DNA of 64,000 nucleotides, taken from assembly GCA_000708835.1 (NCBI GenBank), contig DF236952.1:372001-436000 (forward strand), given 5' to 3'. The DNA is from Klebsormidium nitens. Taxonomy: Eukaryota > Plantae > Klebsormidiophyceae. Below the pieces are notes generated by a model. That model did not search any database. It saw only the letters and a program-made list of their open reading frames with translations, and was not told the DNA's origin. The translations under genes and the position numbers were made by a program. Positions 13,201-24,300 of the stretch are shown one piece after another; position 1 is the first letter of the stretch; every line of letters starts with the position of its first letter.

Positions 13201-16200
13201 TGGCTCTGTTTTCTATCTTCCAACACGCATCAGGTGCTGCCTCATTTTTCCGGAAGCTGATCTCAGATCACCCGGACCCTGTTTGCTTTCATCTTTGTTC
13301 CCCCCTTGAATACCGAGAAAAGGACACTACAGAATGTCGATGGTGGCTTTCTGTGGCTCTCTGCTGATATTGGGTACGAGTCTCACCCCCTCGTCGGGTT
13401 TGCTTTTCCTTCCTTTACTTCGAACCGAGAACTTTCTCTATTTTCCGGATATACTAGAGTGCCTTTACATTACTCGCCGTCGACGTAGGTTTTTGGCGCA
13501 GTGTCCTATTACATTACATGGGAAACGAAGCTTGGAAGAAACGGACAAGGTGCGCTTGTCATGTGAGATGGCATCGGGGGCTGATATTACCGTATCTTTA
13601 AAAGGCTAGCACTCTCTTCGTTTGTAGATTCGATTCGGAGGCAGTACTGGCGAGTGAACGAAGAAAAGGTCTGTTCTCTCGTTGATTTTCTGGAGGACTT
13701 TTTAGATGCCACTCTTTCACAAGCTGACAGAGGGCACGGACTTTCAAATTTCCAGGCAGAACAGTCAGTCAGTCAAGGCCTCTCGATTGCTTCATTTGGA
13801 TTTCCTTCGACCTGCAGCTGGATGCCCAACGCCACCAACCTGACAGCCCTTCGCCTGGGTGTGAATAACCCCCCGGTCACGTCAGTCGACCTGTCGCTGG
13901 TCCCCCCCGGATGTAAACTGGTCACGATCTTGGGCCCCGCCCCCCAGTTGCGCGACATCCGCTTCTGGCGGGGCTGCTCCGACGGCTGCGCGGTGAACCT
14001 CATCGGCACCGGGGCGAAACTCTCGCAGCGCACTCGGAAGGAGGCATGTCTCGGGAAGATCTCGCTCTTTTTGGAGGGGAACTCCCCGATAGCCGTCGTT
14101 CCGCAGCTCACGACGGGCAGTACTACGCCCGAACTCCCCTACCTGTTCAACGCCCAAGGGGTGTACTGGTTCCAAAACGACACCGACTTCGTGGACAAGA
14201 TCGACCTCGGCCCGGGGGGCCTGGCCTACACCGGGGTCTCCTTCAGCCGCGTCCAGGACGGGAACCTCTGCCAAAACCCCGAGGCGAAGTACATCGTCGC
14301 GGCCACGTGGGGCGCGTTCACATTGGCTCTGCTCGTGGGGGGGATGGCCATCGCGCTCGAGTCGCGGCTGATGCCCCAAAGTGGGGGGGACAGCTGGCTG
14401 AGCAAACGGCCCATCCTGGCAAAACTTTTCGAGGTTTCATCGTATCTCGGGGGGATCATCACGGCGGTTGCCGCGTACGTGGACCTGTACTTTGACGTCG
14501 CCGTGCTGCGGGACGTGTGGGGCGTGTGGCCCATGTGGGTTCTCCTCTCGTCCATCGTGGGCCCCTTTCTGCTTTTGGGGTACTACGCGGCCGACGCCTG
14601 GGCGGCCGGGGGGGGTATTTTCAGCCTGCCGGCCTGCCCCTCCTTCCGGTGGGTTTGGCCCGCCTCCCTATCTGGGAAAACATGGGAGCCGAGCCTGCAA
14701 GTGGCGCCCCCCACTGGGAAACTACACTGGGCGCGAGCGCTTCGTCTGTGGCCGGTTGCCGTGCTGCGCCTTCCGGTCTTTGAATAACTGGGCTTCTCAG
14801 CCCGGTTCGGGCGGTTCATGCGGTCGGGGGACGCGGTGGCGGGCATGGAGGAGTACCTCAACGCGCGCGCACACCTCGATGTGGTGCTGCGCTCCTTTCC
14901 CCAAGCGGTCTTCCAGGTAAATGCTCAGGGCCTGGATTAGAAGCAGTGGCGGAAATGAAAGTCTCGAGATGCGCGTCTCCGTTAGAACGAGTCCGTAAGC
15001 GGGACTCTGAAAACTGGGTCTTCGCAATATGCAACTAGTTTCGACTAAAATTCTCTCAGCCCCTTCGCCTCCGCAAAGAAAGCGTCTCTTGGCTTGAGGT
15101 CGGTGGTTAAGTCCCTGCCATTTTCGTCTCTGTGAGAAGCCGGCTCAAGTCCAAGTTTCTGTGAATGCTGTCCGCCGCACGTTCCTACTCGTTTCTTCGA
15201 AAGACTTTTGAAAGATCAAGAGAGCGTAGCAAAGCTTCTTTTCGCACGAGTCCAGCGGGACGTAACGAGAAAGATCTCTTCGTAGCGTTGGGTTTCAAGA
15301 GAGTTGATTTGCGTATGTACCGTACGCTCAATGATTCAGGAGCTTCAACGTGGCGAGTCAGAAGATAACGAGTCAAAAGGCCCCGCCTTAACCCGCCGTT
15401 CTTCCAGTCTCCGGTTACCCCCGCCTTTGGACATGTTAGGTTAGGAAAGTTTCTCGACAGCCTTTTCGAAGCCTCGTGCAAAGTGGAAGGGCATCAACCA
15501 GGCCCGACTCAGAGTCGACCCCCTCCGTACTGCGTCTGGCTTTTAAGCGTCGCCCCGAGTACGCTTAAGTTTTCAAAAGCTCAAGAACATGAGATAGTTC
15601 TGATACGGTTCGAGGCCGTCTTCCTCCAGGCGGTGGTCCACAGGGAGTTTTGGCTGCTAACCAGGCGGGTTACCGGACTGAATCTCAGGTTACTAGACAA
15701 ATAACCCGGCTTTAAACTTGTTCCGGGGCTGGTTACCGTCCAAGGCTGGTTATTGGACACACAATCAATTTCTAACCAGCCCATAAGCAGCTCATAACCA
15801 ACCATAATTAAGGGCCAAAAAGTCCTGTGTTCTACGTCCTGGGAGTCGACCCCCTGCGCGCTTCTGGCTTTTCAAGCGTCGCCTCTGTAAGTTCCACAGA
15901 CTCAAAAACATAGAATGCTTCTCACACGGTTCGGCGCTTTCTTTCTCCAGTCGTTCGTTTACGTCCTGGGCAGTTCCCGCGGTACCCGCATCTACGTCGA
16001 CGAGAGGATCTTCGTCCCCTCCATCGCGTTCTCGATGTTCTCGCTGTGCGTTTACCTCGGGACAATGCTCCGGGAGGCGCTGCAGAGGGGAGAGAACGTT
16101 CTGCTCGTCTTCTGGCGGCGGCCCCGGAAGATGCGCACCATAACTCTGTACACGAGAGTCCTCGATGCTCGGGAGGGGGAGGAAATGCTGGAGGCCGAGA

Positions 16201-16286
16201 AAGGAGACGACGCGTGTGAGTTGAAGGGTTTAATTTGCGAAGGACGACTTTCAAGTTACTCGATTCTTCTCCCTTTATCCCCCTGA
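10282..16286 (+). CDS. Secreted-type LRR protein (~36 plant extracellular LRRs) fused to a multi-pass, XK-like membrane region; in-frame TAA at 14785-14787
   Basis: Exons 10282..13079, 13818..14916, 15951..16286 (4233 nt, 1411 codons). N-terminal hydrophobic signal (MEGLRSVLMGVLVLASLLNGGSC), then ~36 LxxLxLxxNxLSGxIP repeats. Splicing AA|C gives PLPNWMPNATNLTALRLGVN, one more LRR-like unit. About 5-6 hydrophobic segments follow, with YVDLYFDV and LRSFPQAVFQ motifs. No kinase motifs. Confidence 0.8.
15639..15829 (+). mobile_element. MITE-like element, copy 1 (~190 bp)
   Basis: Imperfect terminal inverted repeats CACAGGGAGTTTTGGC ... GCCAAAAAGTCCTGTG. Clear reverse-complement similarity to 39478..39677. 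No coding capacity and no convincing target-site duplication. Confidence 0.7.
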
Positions 16287-18331
16287 AGAAGTGCTCTACC
16301 ATTGGGATACTTCAGAAGCTTTCCGTCAGAGTCGTTTTCAAGTCCTCGGATGCATTGTCTTTGAGAAAGGATGTCGCTCTCCGTTGGAGACACCCGGACT
16401 CCAAACGGAAATTTCTGCGAATCTGTCTTTTCAAACACTGGGGGTTTGCAAAAATGTTAGTCCGGTGTTGTGCCGACGTGTGAATCTGAATCCTGGCAGA
16501 TTGATTGGCCGGTTACCTGCTAGGAACCGTATCATCTGGTCGACAATTTGCAGTTCAGACGTGTATCTGGTGTCTCCTTGCATAATCACGTAAGATTCGG
16601 CTTTGTGATGAACCGGTGACCTGGCAATTTCAGTGGCAAACGCAAGTCACTGCCTCTATCAGTCTACAGCATGATGATAATACGCGCAAAGGGCCTGATA
16701 GAAAGGTTGCAGATCCAAGCATGTGTTCAAATTGTAGAACCGGCGAACCCAAGCCGTCGATTAATTGCGTAAAAGCAATTGCTAGCTAGGTACACGCCCG
16801 TGGCTGACATTAAACTCCCTGTCGATTACACTCCTGATGATTTTAGACGCTTTTGACCCTCACTGTGGACTCACTTTCAGAGATTTTGTCAACTTGACGC
16901 GCCCCTTGCGTTATGACGTAAACGAGAAGAATCAGCTTGATGGCACGATGTCAGGTAGGTTAGTAATGCGGTCTGGCTTCATCAACAAGCACGTGACAAG
17001 CAATCCAGATGCAAGCAAAAGACCTGTCGCGATCCCTAAAATGGCCTTAGTCATCTTCTCCTGCAGTTGAGTACGCGTGAGCATCCTTCCGTGCAAAAAG
17101 CAATATCTGCTTGCGGGAAGAGATGACTTAGTATATTGACCAGCGGTCTCTAGAGACATTCAGTGGTGAATAAAGAGAAGATATGATTTAACAGTGTAGG
17201 AAAATGCAGTCCTGGACAAGATCGAGGCGTCATCCTTCCAAGGCGATGTAGCTTAGAGAACGCAACACAGGTCATTTCATTCAATTTGGTGCTAGAAAAT
17301 GCTAGAAAATGGTTTCGAATGATAGTTCCGATCTTGGAGATTAAGGTTTGATCCCTAGGTTTAAGGATTCGAGAAACGGTTGACTAACTTAAGAAAGTGC
17401 AGGCAGGTCACTAAGGGCTCACTACAGTTAATGAGCACGTCATGCCTCCGCGTCATTCATTGGGTAGCTTGCAATGTACCAATTCTTGCAACCCGCTTGT
17501 GTCGAAAGCCTGGCCGTTTGATTGGATGGAACAACTTGATAAGCCTTGTGACTCGGATCGACGGCCCCCGGGGTGACGACGCAGAATGATCGACAGCTTT
17601 AAAGCCAACAATGCACTGGCCCTTGGTTTTACATGGACCCGGTGGACTTGACCCACGCCGCCGCGAAGCCTATGTAGAAGGCCAGCTCGTCGAGGTAACG
17701 TTAACCCCAAGAATTATGCGCCACGCACTGAAGCTCGATTCTACTCCAGGAAGTTTTCTGCGCCATCGATCAGCGAGCCCATGGCCGACATGATACTACG
17801 TATTGCGGTTATATAAGAATTGTTAAGGACGGTCATTCCGTCCTCCTATTCATTATGAGCTTTGAGTCTCCAGTGTAATCATCTCGATGCCCACAAGTAC
17901 TCTAGCTCTACGAAGTTCGGATCGTGCAAGCTAGGTGACGGTGTCGGATTCGTGCCCCAGCATGCAATGCGTTACCGTTGATGCAAAGTCAGCCGTGCGC
18001 CTGACTGTCTCGCAATCAATAAACAGACGTGGCCACTTCAAGATCATCAATCTTTACATCCGTAACTGAGCATGCATAAGCGAATTATTCGTGATGAGGT
18101 CATTTCGATCTCGAAACACGGTCGGTGCCCGCGTTAGACACAGGCACGTTTTTGTACACGAGGTTTATGCGTACTGATTCAATGACGCAACTTCATGTTT
18201 TGTAATCAAGACCTCCGCAGGACCCTATATTATTAGATCATTGGTCAATCCAGGCTTCCGAACAAAATCGAACTACAACAGCAAAGCATAGCTACATCAA
18301 CGTGGCCGGTACAAAACCAAAGCCCTACGTT

Positions 18332-21300
18332 TCAAAGGCTGGACTTCAGGGTCGGCAGGCCCAACTCCTTCGCATTCACGATGCTGGGACATGCCGGCGG
18401 CGGATTCCTAGAGTCGTCAACAAACGGGAGCACGTCGTTGGGGTTGTGCCATACCGGGTACCGGAGCAGCTTGCCCTGCATAATCAAGCCAGGAAGAGTC
18501 AAAACATTAATCCGTCCAAGAACAGGCGAAATCTTGTGTTCCGTTCAGAATGGACTCGATTCTGGAAGGGTGTCTTCTTGAATCGTGCGGGATGGGGGGA
18601 CTGACGAAAAGCGCACATGCTGACGCAAGCAGGGAACGTGAAATCCTTGCATCCTTCACAACCGGTGCAAACGCCAAACGGTGGCGAACCGTACCCACAC
18701 CTTCAATCGCACGCCATCTTATTCGGCACCGACTTATCGGTGAACGCAAGCAGAACTTTGAGAGATGAACAAACCGTAAATCAGAAAGAGAACAACATCA
18801 CTGGCGCTTCCTCTCCTGCGAATAGAGTACAACCTGTCCCTTGGAAGGCAAGCTTCGCGCCTCATTCCGCCACGAATAGGGGCGTAGCTAACTCACTTCT
18901 GCCATTCCGTTTCATTGGATACGGGTCACTTCACTGGTCCAAAGTTGCATACCGATCCTCATTAACACAAACATCAACATCAGATAGATCTGACATACAA
19001 TCAAAGAAGCAATCGATTCGAAGCCCGAATTTCCATAATTCTTTAATCGACGACCGGGAAAAGTCAAATCCTCACCGCCACATTGCATGCCGCGAGCGTG
19101 GCCATCCCCGCGCGAGTCCACTGAGAGGCGGACGCGATATGCGGCACTACCACCACGTTGGGCAGGTCTTTCAAACCGGGCTTCATCTTGGGCTCATCCT
19201 ACAAGGAGTGTGAGGAGGAAGAGGTAAGGATCTCCCCGAACCACGTTTTTAAAAATAAGCGGAGCTGACTTTCTTTTTGCCTGGTTCGATTAGAACCTCG
19301 CTCCAAGACTAGGGCACTTTGTGACGCATTTGAAGATCCTTCGAACCAAGCTTCATCTTGAGTTCGTCCTGCGAGGAAAAAGGGGTAAGGATCTCCCCAA
19401 ATCACGTCTAAAGATGAGCGGACACGGCTTCCTTCTTTAGACACGGGATGCGTAGCTTGAAGACAGGGCAGTTGGCAGCGCGGTTGAAGGTCCTTCAAAC
19501 CGGGCTTCATCTTGAGCTCATCCTGCAGCGAGGGTACGAAGCATGAGGTAAGGATCTCCCGGAGTCACGTTTCCTGAGCGAAACTGACTTTCTTTCTGTG
19601 ACAAGTTGCCTGGTTCGATTTGGAACTTCGCTTCAAGATAGAGCGCGTTTGAAGGTCCATCAAACCGGGCTTCATCGTGGGCTCATCCTGCAAGGAGTGC
19701 CTGATTAAAGTACACACAAGCGGGGGATGCCTAAAGTCTTAGGCAAATCAGACTTCAAAATCAAGTATTTTGCAGCGCTTTTGAAGGGTCCTTCGAACCG
19801 GGCTTCATCTTGGCTCGTCCTGCGGGGCGTGTACGGAAAAAGAGGTAAGAATCTTGGAAATAACGTGAGCGGACACAACTTCTTTCTTTAGCCACGGGAT
19901 GCGTAGCTTCGAGAGAGAGCGGTTTGCAGCGCGTTTTGTGACGCATTCGAGGGTCCTTCAATACGAGCTTCATGGTTGGCTCGTCGTGCATCATCAAGTC
20001 GTTCTCCGACAAAGATAAAAGTATAAAATTGGAAACTGACGGCGAGCGCGTTTCTCGGACAAGCTTGGGGCAAATCTAGGCCCGGGCTGTTCTTTTTCCT
20101 GCGGCGAGAGATTTTCGCAGATACGCAAGAGTCTCGACAGGGGGAGTAACTTCGTGGATGTCCGAATCCGAGCACCGGCATTGTCTGATGAGGGCGTCCC
20201 CTAAACGTACGCTATCACAGACTCTCTTTGAACACTCTGTCAGCATGCGCCATATGCACACGACAAACTAAAAGCAGGGCGAGGCCAATCTATCACGCTC
20301 CTCCTAAGACGTTCAGAACGCCCCGTATCTGCGGCGTCAAACGACACGGGCGGCACCGACACCCGATCCGGCCGGCTGCATCCGCTGGGTTTGCAAAGCA
20401 ACCAATTGCCGCCACCGACAGTATCTCCTAAGCCCCTAGATCAAAGTCGTCTTCCACCGTTACACAGCTCGAAGTGCAACGGTAAAAACTGCTACCGAGG
20501 TGTCGCCCCAACCGGTTCTCTACTCAAGACCGGGGGGATCCCCCGGGACCTCACCTCAAACACGTCGAGCCCTGCCCGGAACATTGGGTTCGCCCGGAGG
20601 TGCTCCACCAGTGCGACTTCGTCCACAACGGGGCCCCGGCTGGCGTTGATCAGAATGGCGTCCTGCAAGGGATGTGTGCGCAACGAGTCAGGTCATGCTT
20701 CGACAGGGCCTCGTACAGCAGGTTCCGAACTCATGTACTTTTCAGAGAGCCGAAAAGGGGCCCCGGCTGGCGTCCGTCAGAATGGCGTTCTGCAGGGACT
20801 GGGTTCGCAGGGAGTCAGGCCATGCTTTGATGGGGCCCTGCAGTAACGTTTACATATTCGAGGTGTTCACTAGCATCTGCAGAATGGGCCCCTGGCTGCC
20901 TCGACCAGAAGGGCGTCCTGCAGCCCCGTGCTTGAAGTTGGATGAACGTGAGCTTGACCCGGGCTCTCTGGCATTGTGCGCTTGAATCCATGCAAAATCG
21001 TACTTCACAAACGCTGAGACTGCATTTGTTACGGGCACAAACCACAGGGCGAATTAAGGAGCTTGAGCGAGAAGTCGCCTTCTTCATAAGGTTGAGTCGC
21101 TCCTGGTTGCTACGATGAAACGTGGTCTTAGCCCGTGGTTTCTTTTACTGTGTGCTCGAACCAATGGAAACAAGCCAAGAGGACATGCCGAAGCTTGAGA
21201 CTGCCTCGTCAACGATGGCGGGGATGACGTCACCTTCTTCATCAGGTTGAGGCGGTCCCGTTTTACAGGATGGATCGCGGTCTTAACCCGCCCTCTCTTT

Positions 21301-24300
21301 TACTGTGTGCTCGAACCCAATGGAAAGAAGTCAAGAGGACATGCTGAAGCTTGAGACTGCCACGTCATCGATGGCAGAGGTGATGTCACCTTCTTCATCA
21401 GGTTGTGGCGGTCCGTTTTATGGATGGACCGCGGTCTTAACCCGCCCTCCCTTTTCCGGTGTGCTCGAATCAGTGCAAAAAAGTCAAGAGGACATGCTGA
21501 AGCTTGAGACTGCCTCGTCATCAATGGCAGATGTGACGTCACCTTCTTCATGAGGTTGAGCCGGTCCCGGTTCATGAGGTGGAACGTGGTCTTGTCCAGC
21601 ACGGGGTGCAGGCTCACGACGTGCGCAACTTTCAGGACGTCCTCTACGGACGCTGCCCGCCGCCAGTGCACCGGCTCCTCTCCCTGAGTCTTCAAAAAGT
21701 CGCCATAGGCTGCGGGAAAAGAGCAAGTCAGTGTTCAATGAATGAGTTTTGGTATGCCTATTTGACAGTCAGTTAGGATGGTCGGTGGACCGTTCAGACG
21801 TACGCAACTTTCAGGACGTCCTCAAAGAGCGCCGCGCGCCGCCAGTGCACCGGCTCCTCGTCCTGGCTCTTTAAGATTCGTTGTACGCTGCACGAAACAG
21901 GGTTTGAAATTTCGGGTTAGTTCTGACGACCGTGGTTTCCAAGGCTTCCCTTCACGAAGGCCGCGCACCGCCAGTGCACCGGCTCCTCGCCCTGGCTCTT
22001 TGAGGAGGCGTTGTACGCTGCACGAAACAGGGTTTGAATTTTCGGGTTAGTGAAACGACCGTTCTGACGACCATTGTCTCCAGGGCTTCCCTTCACGAAG
22101 GCCGCACACCGCAGTGCACCGGCTCCTCGCCCTGGCCTTCAGAAAGTTCCCGCATGCTGCAACAGGAAACAGGATACGAAAATGTGCTTTGGTTACTTGG
22201 TTTCTTCGTTAATTGGTCATTTCGCTAGTTAAGGAACCACCTTGACTTGTGCAACATTCAGGACGTCCTCCACAGACGCCACTTGCCGTCAGTGTACCGC
22301 CTCCTTGCGCTAGCTCCTTGAAAGATTGCCGTACACTGCCGAATAGTAGGCACCACCACCAGCTATTAAGGTCAGGTCTCTTCTTGTGCATACACCAGAA
22401 TGTAAGCCCGTGCGCAAAAGAATAGACAGGCCCACCTGAGACGAAGGACTCTAGCCGCTTAGACTGGTACAGATCGTAGTAGATCACGTTCATCTTGTGC
22501 CCCTCCACCTGCAAAAGCACGTGCCTCTTTTCAATAGCTCGCGCTATTGAAACGGGGTGAGAAGCACTTTGGGCCGAGACGTCGGTCTCTTTTACTGTTT
22601 CAAATTGTCGGCGAAAGTAGGGATCGATTTGTGCCGCACAGGACGGGTTGCTCACGTTCTGAATAGACGTAGGGAGTCAAGAGTGCAGCCCATGAAAATA
22701 CTTGTTTTGAAATGCAAATCTCTTTACCTCAAATCTGCCCAAGCGCTCTGATCATGTTTTCTAATCTTAAAATGTCCGATCGACGGCAAGGAAAGTATTA
22801 GTCGGCCCAGAATCAGAAAGGCTCAGAAAGGTTGGCACCCAATGGCAACTTCGAAGCAAGCAGCTGTAGCAATACGAACACGCACGACGGTCCGCCTCAT
22901 TCTGCCCCTCGAATCAACTGAAACTACCGAAGAAACCTGAAAACCGAGTTAGCACCATGACTCCCCATCGTCCTGTATACGTCGTCCCGGTTTTGCCTGC
23001 CCCAAAGCCTCCCACCTGCCGCCGAATCCACCCAATGGTCTGCCTCAAAACCGGCAGAGCTAGCAAACTGCAAAATTCCAACCAGCGCCAAAAAGTGATG
23101 GCCCAGAAATTCAATCACCATCATTCTTGCATATGCCGTCCCGATTCTGCCCGCCCCAATGATCCCCACCGTCTGCCAAATGCGCACAATGGTCTGCCTT
23201 GGAATGGCAGAACGGACCAGCAAGAAGCAGAAACTCCAACTCGCACCCAATATAATGGCGCGGAGGTCCGCTCACCATCATTCTTGCATATGCTGTCCCG
23301 ATTCTGCCCGCGCCAATGATCCCCACCGTCTGTCCCTTGAGCAAGTTCCCAACAAACATGGTCGGCAGCCAGCCGTCGTACTTGCCCGCGCGCATGAAGA
23401 CGTCTGCTTCCACGACCCGCCGCGCCGCCGCGAGGGTCAGCGCCGATGCGAGCTCAGCCGTGGTCTCGGTCAAGACTCCCTGGTCAGGAGGAAAGCACAG
23501 GTTTACAATCGACTCTTTAACGATGTAATAGGAACTAACTCAGAAGCGCAAGAAGGTTTTGAACCTGTTTCGATCGCTGCACCGCCGCAAGGGTCAGCGC
23601 CAATGCGAGCTCAGCCGTCCTCTTGGTCAAGACCCCCTGGTTTGGAGGAAACCACAGTTTTACGGGCGACTTTTACAGGAGCATCTTGAAGTGGTTAAGG
23701 AGCGAGGAGAGGTACTAAACAATCTACGACATGCAGTGCCGCCGCAAGGGTCAGCGCCTTCGCAAGCTTAGCCAGGTTTCGGTCGAGACCCATTAATCAG
23801 AGAGAAACTACAGGTTTACGAAGTACTGTTGAACATTTAAGATGGGCGGAAAAAAGTCTGATGAAGTCCTACCACTCTCTCAGTTCGCCCCTACATGAAG
23901 AGGCAGCGCGGATTCGAGCTTAGCGGTGTAACCCCCCTTTAAGACGTCCTTAGTACGAAGCAATGACGAGATTTTGAATCAATTCTGACTAGATACGATA
24001 TGGGCGAAGTAGGAAGCCGAAGGAGGAAGTGACAGTTCCAGGTCACATACGGAAAAAGGCTCAAGGGCGGATGAAGGTTAGCGGAGGTGTTGGGTAAGAG
24101 CCCTCGTTAAGAAATTCACTAGTCAACGCGCATGTCCATAGCGCCTTGGCCTCTGATGACGTCAACAACAGTGATGAAACATCATTATTTCCACCCAACC
24201 ACTCCGCCCCCCCGTAAGGGCAAGTGACGAATCTTGAAAAGGAGGAGGTATCGGGCTTACGGATCGAGTCAACGGACCGTCCTACTGCTAGCCACAAGGA

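Noticed and set aside
13654-13817. ORF-track start MNEEKVCSL... as a separate gene start
   Set aside because: It begins at GTG inside AT-richer intron-like sequence upstream of a strong acceptor at 13817; better explained as an open intron frame.
16932-17800. Small hydrophobic minus-strand ORF (MTKAILGIATGLLLASGLLVTCLL...) and nearby coding-like patches
   Set aside because: Short, the adjacent frames contain stops, there is no recognisable family and no consistent exon chain. It could be a decayed gene but I cannot support that.
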